Shown in pieces: positions 9,929-19,065 of a stretch of 64,000 nucleotides of DNA. The notes below the pieces were generated by a model, which worked only from the letters and a program-made list of their open reading frames with translations, was not told the origin of the DNA and did not search any database. A program made the translations under genes and the position numbers. The stretch's first letter is position 1. Each line of letters begins with the position of its first letter. Origin of the DNA: an uncultured delta proteobacterium (GTDB taxonomy: Bacteria > Myxococcota > Myxococcia > Myxococcales > Myxococcaceae); NCBI GenBank assembly GCA_963713045.1, contig CAVQKE010000004.1:1024001-1088000 (forward strand), given 5' to 3'.

Positions 9929-10773
9929 GGCGCGCCCCGCGCCGGGGTGCGGGCCGGCCGATGGGCGGCATTGGCGCGGGCCCGCTGCAGCAGCGCCGCG
10001 AAGCGCCCCGGGTCCTGCTTCTGAAGCGCCTGGAGGTCCGGGTCATGCGCCATGTCCTCGGCCTCGGCGAAGCCGTGCTTCATCGCGTCGTCCAGGGATT
10101 GAAAGGACTCCTCCAAGTCGCCCTTCCGCGCCTCGGCGCAGGCCAGGTTGTACAGGACGAGGTCGCCCGGCGCGTACTGGAAGGCCTTCTTGTAGGCCGC
10201 GATGGCCGCGTCATTTTCGCCGAGAAGCACCGCCGCCTCGCCCAGGCCGAGGTACACGCGCTTCGGGTCTTCCTTGGCCGCCAGCGCCTTCTCAAACTCG
10301 GCCCGCGCTGCCTTCCCCCGGCGCTCCTCCAGCGCCTGGACACCCAGCGCCGTGTGGTGGGGCAACTCGGTGTGCAACTTCGCCCGTGGACCCAGCACCA
10401 GCCGGCGCCCGTCCAGGCCAGCGCTGGTACAGCCCTCTGGCAACAGCAAGTCCGCCACCAACGTGCCGTCGGAGCCATTGTAAATGGCGAAGTACGGCAA
10501 GTCACCGCTGGGGCAGCCGACACCGGTGGTGCACAGCTGCACCGTCCCCACCAGCACATTGCCCTCCCAGACGGCGTCCACCACCGTCCGGCCCGCCTCA
10601 TAGCCGCACGGGTTGGGCGTCCCGGCTTTGCCCAACACGCGCAGCCCGTCCGGGCTGTCCCAAACCAATTCTCCCTCCCCACCCCACCGCGCCCTTTCGG
10701 GAAGCTGGGGGGAGGCGAGCACCACCGCAGGCACAAGCCAGAAGGCGCAAAGGGTGCGCAAAGAGGAGTTCAC
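9925..10773 (-). CDS. Putative exported TPR protein
   Basis: Signal-like N-terminus, Cys-containing beta region, C-terminal TPRs ending YNLACAEAR...DPDL; ATGA overlap with the kinase. Confidence 0.7.
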   Translation of the reverse strand: MNSSLRTLCAFWLVPAVVLASPQLPERARWGGEGELVWDSPDGLRVLGKAGTPNPCGYEAGRTVVDAVWEGNVLVGTVQLCTTGVGCPSGDLPYFAIYNGSDGTLVADLLLPEGCTSAGLDGRRLVLGPRAKLHTELPHHTALGVQALEERRGKAARAEFEKALAAKEDPKRVYLGLGEAAVLLGENDAAIAAYKKAFQYAPGDLVLYNLACAEARKGDLEESFQSLDDAMKHGFAEAEDMAHDPDLQALQKQDPGRFAALLQRARANAAHRPARTPARGAP

Positions 10774-10903
10774 CGGAGGGAAACGCCTGGGGGAGTCCCA
10801 AGGGAGGTGGCAGGCAGCCCTGCAGCCTGCAAACGCTTGGGGGCGACTCTACTCTGCCCCCACCCCGGAAGGCCCCAAAACTACCGTTGCCCGGCCGCTT
10901 CGC

Positions 10904-10932
10904 TTGACCCGTCCGGGGGCGCTTCTTACTCT
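10904..10932 (+). promoter_or_regulatory. Sigma-70 promoter for the 6S RNA-ygfA-tyrS transcript
   Basis: TTGACC (10904-10909), 17 bp spacer, TACTCT (10927-10932). Confidence 0.65.
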
Positions 10933-11027
10933 TCCGAAGCAAGAGGGAAAGGCGGTTCCCCTCGAATCTCACGGGGCTCTCACACCATCCAGGAGGCACA
11001 CCACAGCGAGAAGCACCCGGCCCGGCT

Positions 11028-11216
11028 GTCCCCTGCGGGGTGCGTGATGCGCGGCAGAAATTCGAACCGATATGTCCATTCCGGGAGCCATCCTTGGATG
11101 CCATGCGTCACGCCCGCCCTCCTCTGGATGGCGGGAGACCTACGGCCTTCGCCTTGGTTCCCACCTTTCTGACAGGGTTCAATGGACGCTGCGCACACGG
11201 CCCGCCGGCGGGGGAC
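11028..11216 (+). ncRNA. ssrS: 6S RNA
   Basis: About 190 nt; complementary ends GTCCCCTGC/GCGGGGGAC; internal pairs GAACC/GGTTC and GGGA/TCCC; immediately upstream of ygfA (classic synteny); followed by a T-run. Confidence 0.85.
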
Positions 11217-11249
11217 TTTTTTTTCCTTCCCTTTCCTCGAAGCACCACC

Positions 11250-11876
11250 ATGAGTCAGCCTCCGGACGCGGAAGAGAAAGCCCGCGTCCGCGCGGAGCTG
11301 CGCGCGCGCCGAAGCGCACTGGCGGCTGAGGACGTCCAGGCGCGCGGGGCCCGCATTCAAGCGCGGGTGCTGGCCACCGAAGAATTTCGCCGGGCCCGCA
11401 CCGTGGCCCTCTACGCCGCGCTGCCGGGCGAAGTTCCCACCACGGCATTGCTGGCGGCGGCCCTGGCCGACGGCAAACGGGTGGCCTACCCAGTGGTACC
11501 CACCGCCGGCCGGGTCCTCACCTTCCACGCCGTCGAATCCGCTGGCCACCTTCTTCCCGCTGGCCGAATGCAGATTCCGGAGCCCGTCCCAGGGCGCCCG
11601 GAAGTGGCGCTTGCGTCCATCGACGTCTTCGTCGTCCCAGGCCTCGGCTTCAGCCGCCACGGCCACCGCCTGGGCCAGGGTGCTGGCTACTATGATGCGA
11701 CGCTGTCGCTCGCGCCTCCCGGCGCGACGCGGCTCGGGCTGGCGTTTTCCGAATGCCTGTTGGACGCCCTTCCCTTCAACGACGGCGACGTCCCGGTGCA
11801 CTGGGTGGTGACCGAGGACGGCGTCCTCGGCGCGCCTCGGGCCGGAACAACTGTGCTAGGTGCTCGGCCGAGATGA
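11250..11876 (+). CDS. ygfA: 5-formyltetrahydrofolate cyclo-ligase
   Basis: KARVRAEL, VVPGLGFSRHGHRLGQGAGYYD, DVPVHWVVTE. Confidence 0.92.
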   Translation: MSQPPDAEEKARVRAELRARRSALAAEDVQARGARIQARVLATEEFRRARTVALYAALPGEVPTTALLAAALADGKRVAYPVVPTAGRVLTFHAVESAGHLLPAGRMQIPEPVPGRPEVALASIDVFVVPGLGFSRHGHRLGQGAGYYDATLSLAPPGATRLGLAFSECLLDALPFNDGDVPVHWVVTEDGVLGAPRAGTTVLGARPR

Positions 11877-13138
11877 CTTCGCCGCTGCGCCGCGCCACGC
11901 CCGAGGAGCAGTTTGCCGAAATCACCCGCGGCAGCATCGAAGTTCACGTTGCCGAGGAGTTGAAGGCCAAGCTGAAGCGCTCCTATGAAAAGGAGGAGCC
12001 GCTGCTGGTGAAGGCTGGCTTCGACCCGAGCCGCCCCGACCTCCACCTCGGGCACACGCTTCTGCTCAGCCGGATGCGGCGCTTTCAGGACTTCGGCCAC
12101 CAGGTGGTGTTTCTCATCGGCGACTTCACCGGCCTCATCGGTGACCCCTCGGGGAAAAATGTGACCAGGCCGGCACTCTCCCGGGCCGAGGTCCTGGCCA
12201 ACGCCGAGACCTACAAGACGCAGGTGTACAAGGTGCTGGACCCAGCCCGGACGCAGGTGCGCTTCAACTCCGAGTGGCTGGATGCCCTCGGCACCGAAGG
12301 CGTGGTGCGGCTGGCCGCGCGCTGGCCACTGGCCCGGATGCTGGAGCGCGAGGACTTCAAGACGCGCTTTCGGGAAGGAAAAACCATCGCCCTGCATGAG
12401 CTGCTCTACCCACTGCTTCAGGGGTACGACTCGGTGGCGCTGAAGGCCGACGTGGAACTGGGCAGCAGCGACCAGCTTTTCAACCTGTTGGTGGGCCGCA
12501 CCCTGATGCGCGAGCTTCAGCTGGAGCCCCAAGTCATCCTCACCGGGCCCCTCCTCGAAGGCTTGGACGGCCGGCTGGAGGGCGGAAAAATTGTCGGCGA
12601 GAAAATGTCCAAAAGCCTGGACAACTACGTCGGCATCTCTGAAGCCCCGGAGGCGATGTTCGGAAAGCTGATGTCCATCTCGGATGACCTCATGTGGCGC
12701 TACCTGGAATTGTTGTCCGCCCGGCCGCTGGCCGAAGTCCGCTTGGCCCAGGCGGAGGTGGCCGCCGGCAAGCTTCATCCCAAGGAGGTGAAGGTGGGCT
12801 TCGCCATGGAGATGGTGGAGCGTTTCCATGGCGCGCCGGCCGCGCGTCAGGCGGCCGCAGACTTTGACACTCGCTTCCGCAAGAAGCAGCTGGACGTGGA
12901 GCGCCTGCCTGAGTATCGCGTGCCGCTGCCGGCCGGCGCCGCCGCGGTCGCCCTCGTCCGGGCCCTGGCAGACACCGGCCTCGTCTCCTCCACCAGCGAT
13001 GGCCGACGCCTCATTACCCAGCGGGCGGTGCGGGTGGACGGCGGCGTTGTCTCCGACGTGAAGACGGAACTCGGCCAGGGCAGCTACCTGGTGCAAGTGG
13101 GGAAGCTTCGGGCCGCCCTGCTAACCGTCGCCGCCTGA
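11873..13138 (+). CDS. tyrS: Tyrosine--tRNA ligase
   Basis: KAGFDPSRPDLHLGH (HIGH), YPLLQGYDS, KMSKS, C-terminal S4 domain; ATGA overlap with ygfA. Confidence 0.96.
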   Translation: MTSPLRRATPEEQFAEITRGSIEVHVAEELKAKLKRSYEKEEPLLVKAGFDPSRPDLHLGHTLLLSRMRRFQDFGHQVVFLIGDFTGLIGDPSGKNVTRPALSRAEVLANAETYKTQVYKVLDPARTQVRFNSEWLDALGTEGVVRLAARWPLARMLEREDFKTRFREGKTIALHELLYPLLQGYDSVALKADVELGSSDQLFNLLVGRTLMRELQLEPQVILTGPLLEGLDGRLEGGKIVGEKMSKSLDNYVGISEAPEAMFGKLMSISDDLMWRYLELLSARPLAEVRLAQAEVAAGKLHPKEVKVGFAMEMVERFHGAPAARQAAADFDTRFRKKQLDVERLPEYRVPLPAGAAAVALVRALADTGLVSSTSDGRRLITQRAVRVDGGVVSDVKTELGQGSYLVQVGKLRAALLTVAA

Positions 13139-13744
13139 GCCGGACGCCGCCTTCAGGCCCAGCCCCACCAGGTACACCTCGGCACTGGCCGAGCGCGTGG
13201 CCTCCGGCCGCACCACCGTGACCTTTTGGTAGCTGCCGCGCAATTGGTCCCTGAAGCCCTCGAAGTCCCCTCCCATGAAAAGCTTCACCAGGAAGCTGGA
13301 CCCGGCCCGGCCGCGTGCCCGGGCCACTTGCAGCGCCCGCTCAGCCAGCCGAAGGCTCCGGGCCTCGTCGCTGGTGCGAATGCCAGTTGTCTTTGGCGCC
13401 AAGTCCGACAGCACCGCGTCAAACGGCCCGGGGGCGAGCCGCTCCAACACCTCCAAGGCGTCCGGGGCCAGGACGTCCAGGACGGCCGTCCGCACCCAGG
13501 CCTCGCCGAAGGGCCGCAGCGGCACCGTGTCCACGCCCACCGCCAGCCCCTCGGGCCCCACCGCCTCGGCGATGACTTGCAGAAACCCGCCCGGCGCCGC
13601 CCCCAAGTCCAGCACCCGGGCGCCCTTGCGCAACAGCTGGAAGCGGCGGGCCACCTCTTCCAGCTTGAAGGCACTTCGGGCGCGGAAGCCCTCAGCCTTC
13701 GCCTTCTGGAAGTAGAAGTCCTTCGGGCGGTAGGGCTTTCCCAT
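13121..13744 (-). CDS. rlmE: 23S rRNA Um2552 methyltransferase (RlmE/FtsJ)
   Basis: RARSAFKL, LDLGAAPGGF, SDLAP, VKLFMG, SAEVY (K-D-K-E tetrad). Confidence 0.93.
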   Translation of the reverse strand: MGKPYRPKDFYFQKAKAEGFRARSAFKLEEVARRFQLLRKGARVLDLGAAPGGFLQVIAEAVGPEGLAVGVDTVPLRPFGEAWVRTAVLDVLAPDALEVLERLAPGPFDAVLSDLAPKTTGIRTSDEARSLRLAERALQVARARGRAGSSFLVKLFMGGDFEGFRDQLRGSYQKVTVVRPEATRSASAEVYLVGLGLKAASGSGGDG

Positions 13745-13831
13745 GGGCCTTCCTCAGGTGCTCTAGCGCGGTGCGGCGCTTCGACGCCAGTGCACAAGCC
13801 GCACCGCCGGGCGGTAGAGTGCGGCCCCGAG

Positions 13832-14119
13832 ATGCCCGGGTGCGCATGGTGCGGCAGCCGTCTGGACGTGGTCGGTAACCAAATCGGCCGGGGAGACACC
13901 TGTCCGGAATGCGGCCACGACTTGCATGCCTGTCGCCAATGCCGCCACTACGACGAAAGCGTGGCCAAACAATGCAAGGAGCCCTTCGCCGAAGTCCCGA
14001 GCGACAAGGACGACGCCAACTTCTGCGACTTTTTTCAAATCGGCGATGGCGGGCACACCGGCCAGGCCAACCGCAACCGCCTCCTGTCGGAGGCCGAGGC
14101 ATTGTTTTCCAAGAAATGA
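13832..14119 (+). CDS. Small 8-Cys putative zinc-binding protein
   Basis: MPGCAWC...CPECGHDLHACRQC...C...NFCDFF; ATGA overlap with the next gene. Confidence 0.75.
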   Translation: MPGCAWCGSRLDVVGNQIGRGDTCPECGHDLHACRQCRHYDESVAKQCKEPFAEVPSDKDDANFCDFFQIGDGGHTGQANRNRLLSEAEALFSKK

Positions 14120-15060
14120 AGTCGGCCCACGGCGCCGCCGGGGTCCGGCTTCGCCGCGGCGCGCTGGCGGTGGCGGCACTGGCGATGGCGGGCTGTCAGT
14201 ACATGCCCCATGCCTATGAGCCGCATTCTGCGCAAATTCCAGAGGCGCGGACCCTCCCCGTCCAGGGCGCCTTCCTCACCTTCATCAGCGTCGGCTCGGG
14301 GCAGCCCGTCGTCTTCGTCCACGGCAACATCGCCGACTTGCGCATCTGGCATGCCCAGCAGGGCCCGGCCTTCAAGCGCTACCAGCTGGTGGCTTACAGC
14401 CGGCGCTACCACTACCCCAACGCCTGGACTGGCAATGGCACCGACTACACCGAGGCCAACAACATCCATGACTTGGTGAGCCTGTTGCGCAGCCTCAACC
14501 TGAGCCACGTCCACCTGGTAGGCCAGGGCGCGGGGGCCCAGCTGGCGGTGGAGGTGGCTCTGGCCCACCCGGAGCTGGTCCGCAGCCTGGTGTTGGTGGA
14601 GCCGGACATGGCCGCCGCGGCCGTCCAGCAGCCGGACTTCGCGTCCCTCACCACCGAAAGGGCCCAACTGCAGCAGCAGATGGAGATGGACCTGCGCACT
14701 GAGGAGGCCGAGAAGGCAGCCCGGCTGCTGTTTGACTGGGCCAACGCCAGCACCGGCGCCTACGACGCGCTGCCGCCGCCGCTGAAGGGCGAAATTCTCG
14801 ACAACGCGAGCGTCCTCGGCTTCTTCCTCTCGGCGCCGCCCCCCTCCATGCCCTGTTCGGAGTTGGCCCGCCTCAGTGTGCCCACCCTGGTGGTGACCGG
14901 CGAGCGCACCAACCTCTTCTACGCCGCCGTCGGCGAATCCGTCGCCGGCTGCATCCCCAAGGCCGTTCGGGAAGTCATCCCCATGGCCAGCCACGTCGTC
15001 CAGCGCGAGAACCCGGACGTCTTCAACGCCACCGTGGTCGGTTTCCTCGCGGTGCACTGA
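14116..15060 (+). CDS. Alpha/beta-hydrolase-fold lipoprotein lacking the nucleophile Ser
   Basis: Lipobox-like MAGC, VVFVHG, HLVGQGAG (elbow), VPTLVVTGE, ASHVVQRENP. Confidence 0.78.
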   Translation: MKSAHGAAGVRLRRGALAVAALAMAGCQYMPHAYEPHSAQIPEARTLPVQGAFLTFISVGSGQPVVFVHGNIADLRIWHAQQGPAFKRYQLVAYSRRYHYPNAWTGNGTDYTEANNIHDLVSLLRSLNLSHVHLVGQGAGAQLAVEVALAHPELVRSLVLVEPDMAAAAVQQPDFASLTTERAQLQQQMEMDLRTEEAEKAARLLFDWANASTGAYDALPPPLKGEILDNASVLGFFLSAPPPSMPCSELARLSVPTLVVTGERTNLFYAAVGESVAGCIPKAVREVIPMASHVVQRENPDVFNATVVGFLAVH

Positions 15061-15109
15061 CGCTTGGGGGCGGCAGGCCGCTGCACCCCCCCATTTCCGC
15101 CTCCCCGCC

Positions 15110-16249
15110 TTAGAAGCCCTCCAGCTTGGCGAGAATTTCCTTCATCACCTCGGACGTCCCGCCCCCAATGGTGACCAGGCGCACGTCCCGCCAGGCGCGC
15201 GCAATGTGCGTCTCGTCGATGTAGCCCATGCCCCCGAGAAACTGCTGGCAGTCGTAGGCCACCCGTTGCGCCAAGTCCCCGGCGAAAAGCTTGGCCATGG
15301 AAATCTCGCGCACCGGGTATTGCTTCGCCTCGAAAAGGTCCACCGCGTGGTAGGTGAGGCGCTTGGCTGCTTCAATGGCCGCCAGGTGTTCCACGAATTT
15401 GTGGCGCCACACTTGGAAACCGAGGATGGGGCGCCCAAAGGCCTTGCGTTCCCGCCCCCAGGCCAGCGCCTCCTCCACCATCCGCTCCATGCCGGCGACG
15501 GTGCCGATGGCCGCCACCAGGCGCTCCCCTTGGAAGTTGCTCATGATGTGGGCGAAGCCCTGGTTCTCCTCGCCCAGCAGGTAGCGCACCGGCACCTTGG
15601 CGTCCTCGAAGTAGAGGATGGCGGTGTCTGAGGCGAGGTTGCCCACCTTGTCGAGCTTCTTGCTGACGCCAAAGCCGCGGATGTCGGTCGGCACCGTCAG
15701 CAGGGAGATGCCGGGGTAGCCGGCTCCGCCGGTCCGCACGGCGCAGGTGAGGAAGTCGGCGCGGGTTCCGTTGGTAATCCACATTTTGGAACCGTTGAGG
15801 ACGTAGTCCCCGCCCACCCGGCGCGCACTGGTTTGCAGGCCCGCGACGTCTGAGCCCGCACCCGGCTCGCTGATGGCCAGGGCGGCGATTCTCTCGCCCT
15901 TCAGGGCCGGGGCGAGGAATTCACGCTTCTGCTCGTCGGTGCCGATTTCACCGATGATGGGCGTGGCAATCTGGCTCTGGACCAGGAGCGCCATGTTGAC
16001 GCCCGCGTTGTGGCTTCGGGTCAGCTCCTCGCAGAAGGCCGTCACATACCAGTAGTCCAGACCGCTGCCGCCCCAGGCCGGGTCATGGTTGATGCCGAGA
16101 AAGCCCAGCCCCCCACACTGCTGAAACACCTCCCGGGGAAAAATTCCGGCTCGGTCCCATTCCAGCGCGTGGGGAGCCAGTTCCTTCTCGACGTAGGCGC
16201 GCACCGTGCGGCGGAAGGCCTGGTGCTCCTCGGTGAAGTCGCTGTGCAT
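15110..16249 (-). CDS. Acyl-CoA dehydrogenase
   Basis: AISEPGAGSDV, GSKMWITNG, RKAFGRPI..FQ, IGGGTSEVMK. Confidence 0.93.
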   Translation of the reverse strand: MHSDFTEEHQAFRRTVRAYVEKELAPHALEWDRAGIFPREVFQQCGGLGFLGINHDPAWGGSGLDYWYVTAFCEELTRSHNAGVNMALLVQSQIATPIIGEIGTDEQKREFLAPALKGERIAALAISEPGAGSDVAGLQTSARRVGGDYVLNGSKMWITNGTRADFLTCAVRTGGAGYPGISLLTVPTDIRGFGVSKKLDKVGNLASDTAILYFEDAKVPVRYLLGEENQGFAHIMSNFQGERLVAAIGTVAGMERMVEEALAWGRERKAFGRPILGFQVWRHKFVEHLAAIEAAKRLTYHAVDLFEAKQYPVREISMAKLFAGDLAQRVAYDCQQFLGGMGYIDETHIARAWRDVRLVTIGGGTSEVMKEILAKLEGF

Positions 16250-16277
16250 GGGGGAAGACGCTGCCTCCGGAGGGGCG

Positions 16278-16293
16278 TTGATTTTTGAGTCAA
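16278..16293. promoter_or_regulatory. Imperfect palindromic operator-like site (TTGATT-N4-AGTCAA), copy 1
   Basis: TTGATTTTTGAGTCAA about 29 bp upstream of the acyl-CoA dehydrogenase start; second copy at 20557. Confidence 0.5.
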
Positions 16294-16501
16294 TCCCAAG
16301 CTGCACGCCCCATGCAAGCGGCGCCCGGGGCGGGACGTCCCCCGTCCTGGCAACGGGCCCCGCCCCGGCTGACGGTCAAGGTTCCCTTGCCGACGACAAC
16401 TGGGGTGCGGGGCAACGCCAGCCGGGCCCACCGCCGTCGCCAGCTGCATTCGGGCAATGCCGGCGCCAGGCCGGAGGGAAAACCAGGGTCGAGCCGACGG
16501 G

Positions 16502-19063
16502 TCAGCGTTGAGAAAGGCCAGTTTGGAACCGCGCGCTAGTCGAGGGTCCTGGCGAGACCAACTGCTTCATGAGTGGCGCCTTGAGCAGCTGCACCAGGAG
16601 CAGGTAGCTGACAGTGGCCGCCGCGAGGAAGAGAAAGTACGCGGCGGGCAGAGCGACGAATCCCAGCGGCCTGGCCAGGGGTGTCCAGGGGAGCACCGTC
16701 CCGAGCACCACCACGGCGAGGCAGGTGAGGGTGAGGGGCCAGCTGGGCCGGCTCCGGAAGGGGTTGCCCGCCGTGCGAATGACGAAGACGACCAGCACTT
16801 GGGTGGCCAGCGACTCGACAAACCACCCGGTATGGAATGCCGCCTCGGCCGCGTGGAAGACGTGCAGAAGCACCCAAAAGGTCAAGAAGTCGAAGACCGA
16901 GCTGATGGGGCCGATGAAGACCATGAAGTTGCGGATGACGCGGATGTCCCAGCGCTGAGGCCGACGCATGTACGTCTCGTCGACGTTGTCGGTGGGGATG
17001 GTGATTTGCGCAGTGTCGTACAGGAAGTTGTTGAGTAGAATTTGCGTCGGCAGCATCGGCAAGAAGGGAAGGAAGAGCGAGGCCGCGGCCATGCTGAACA
17101 TATTGCCGAAATTCGAGCTCGTCCCCATGAGCAGATATTTCATGACGTTGCCGAAGGCGCGTCGGCCAGCGAGGATGCCTTGGTGCAGCACCGCTAGGCT
17201 GTGTTCCAGGAGGATGATGTCGGCGGCTTCCCGTGCCACGTCCACCGCGCCGGCAACCGAAATCCCAACATCGGCGGTGTGAAGGGAGGGCGCGTCGTTG
17301 ATGCCGTCGCCGAGGTAGCCGACCACGTGACTGCGGTGCCGCAGCGCCAAGATGATGCGGTCCTTCTGCGCTGGGGAGACGCGAGCGAAGACCGTGGTCC
17401 GCTCCGCCACTTGCGACAGAGCCGGGTCCCCGAGGCGGGCCAGGGCCTCGCCAGTCACCACCTCACCCACGTCCAGGCCAACCTGAGCACAAACGTGGCG
17501 CGCGACGAGCGGGTCATCCCCAGAGAGAATCTTCACCTCGACGCCGTCGGCGCGGAGAGCGGCGAGCGTCGCGCCCACATCCGGGAGGGGTGGGTCGATG
17601 AAAGCGAGGAAGCCTTGCAACGTCATGCGGCTCTCGGCCTCGACGGAGCAGCTCTCCTCGGCCGGCATGGGGCGGGTCGCCACCCCCAGCACCCGAAGCC
17701 CCTCGGCGCTCATCGCCTGGTAAATCTGCTCACAGCGACGTCGGCTGGCCTGGTCCAAGTCGACGACGCTGCCCCGGCCCCAGGCCTCGGTGCAAACCGC
17801 CAACACGCTCTCGGGCGCGCCCTTGGTGATGAGCAGTGGTCCAGACGGCGTTTGGACCTGTACCGAAAGACGGCGGCGTTCGAAATCGAAGGGCACCTCG
17901 TCCCGTTTCGTCTCCACCGCGCTTGCGGCGCCGGTGGCGCGGAGAATGGCCGTGTCGAGCGGGCTGTGGATGCCGGTTTCGAATGTGCTGTTCAGCGCCG
18001 CCAGCCGTAGCACCTCCGGGCTGGGCACGCCGAAGCCATCCACCGAGCTATCGAGCTTCATCTCCCCGCTGGTGAGGGTTCCCGTCTTGTCGCTGCACAG
18101 CACGTCGATGCTGCCCAGGTTCTGAATGGCGGGCAGGTGCTTCACGATGACCTTCTGCCGGGCCATTCGCTCCGCACCCTGGGCCAGCGTGACGCTCGTA
18201 ATCATCGGCAGGAATTCGGGCGTGAGGCCCACCGCCAGCGACACGGCGAACAGCAGGGACTCGAAGGCCGGCCGGTGAAGGGCGAGGTTCACCACCAGGA
18301 TGAAAAGCACCAGGAAAAGGACGGTGCGCATGATGAGACCGCCGAAGTGCCGCAGCCCTCGCTCGAATTCCGTCTCCGGGGCCCGGGTGGCAAGACGAGC
18401 GGCGATTTCGCCGAAGGCCGTCCGCGGCCCGGTTTGCACCACCACCGCGGTCGCGGTTCCACTAACCACCGAGGTCCCGAGAAAGACGCGGTCGAGCGCC
18501 TCCGTTCCGGTGGTTGGCCCGGAGGGCTGCGGGGCGCCCACTTGCTTTTCCACCGGGAAGGACTCGCCCGTCAGAGCTGCCTGCTGGACGTACAGGTGCT
18601 TCGTCTCCAGCAGCCTCGCGTCTGCCGGCACGAGGTCTCCGGCGCTGAGCCGGAGGACGTCACCGGGAACCAGCTCGCGTCGGTTGAGTTCCTGCCACAC
18701 GCCGTCGCGGAGCACGGTTGCTGTCGGGGCGACGCTGTTGCGCAGCCGCAGCACCGTGCGCTGGGAGCGGTAGCTCTGCGCGAAATTCATCGCCACGCTG
18801 AGTAGGACGATGGTGATGATGATGGCCGCGTTCACCCATTCGCCGAGGGCGGCGGAAATGCCGCCGCTCACGAGGAGAATCAACACCAAGGGGTTGGCCA
18901 GGCCGGAGAAGAGCTCGGCCAGGGCGCTGAAGCGATTGCCAGAGGATGTCTCGTTGACACCCACCTCGGCGAGCCGGCGCGCGGCTTCCGCCGAAGTCAG
19001 TCCGAGTGGCACGGATGCTGTGCTGGTCTCGGTCCCACGCAGGTCCACCACGGTTGGGGACAA
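16502..19063 (-). CDS. mgtA: Magnesium-translocating P-type ATPase
   Basis: LTGES, GLTPEFLP, CSDKTGTLT, KGAPE, GDGINDAP, TSSNFGN, TGWFVES; probable TTG start at 19063. Confidence 0.92.
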   Translation of the reverse strand: MSPTVVDLRGTETSTASVPLGLTSAEAARRLAEVGVNETSSGNRFSALAELFSGLANPLVLILLVSGGISAALGEWVNAAIIITIVLLSVAMNFAQSYRSQRTVLRLRNSVAPTATVLRDGVWQELNRRELVPGDVLRLSAGDLVPADARLLETKHLYVQQAALTGESFPVEKQVGAPQPSGPTTGTEALDRVFLGTSVVSGTATAVVVQTGPRTAFGEIAARLATRAPETEFERGLRHFGGLIMRTVLFLVLFILVVNLALHRPAFESLLFAVSLAVGLTPEFLPMITSVTLAQGAERMARQKVIVKHLPAIQNLGSIDVLCSDKTGTLTSGEMKLDSSVDGFGVPSPEVLRLAALNSTFETGIHSPLDTAILRATGAASAVETKRDEVPFDFERRRLSVQVQTPSGPLLITKGAPESVLAVCTEAWGRGSVVDLDQASRRRCEQIYQAMSAEGLRVLGVATRPMPAEESCSVEAESRMTLQGFLAFIDPPLPDVGATLAALRADGVEVKILSGDDPLVARHVCAQVGLDVGEVVTGEALARLGDPALSQVAERTTVFARVSPAQKDRIILALRHRSHVVGYLGDGINDAPSLHTADVGISVAGAVDVAREAADIILLEHSLAVLHQGILAGRRAFGNVMKYLLMGTSSNFGNMFSMAAASLFLPFLPMLPTQILLNNFLYDTAQITIPTDNVDETYMRRPQRWDIRVIRNFMVFIGPISSVFDFLTFWVLLHVFHAAEAAFHTGWFVESLATQVLVVFVIRTAGNPFRSRPSWPLTLTCLAVVVLGTVLPWTPLARPLGFVALPAAYFLFLAAATVSYLLLVQLLKAPLMKQLVSPGPSTSARFQTGLSQR

Positions 19064-19065
19064 GC

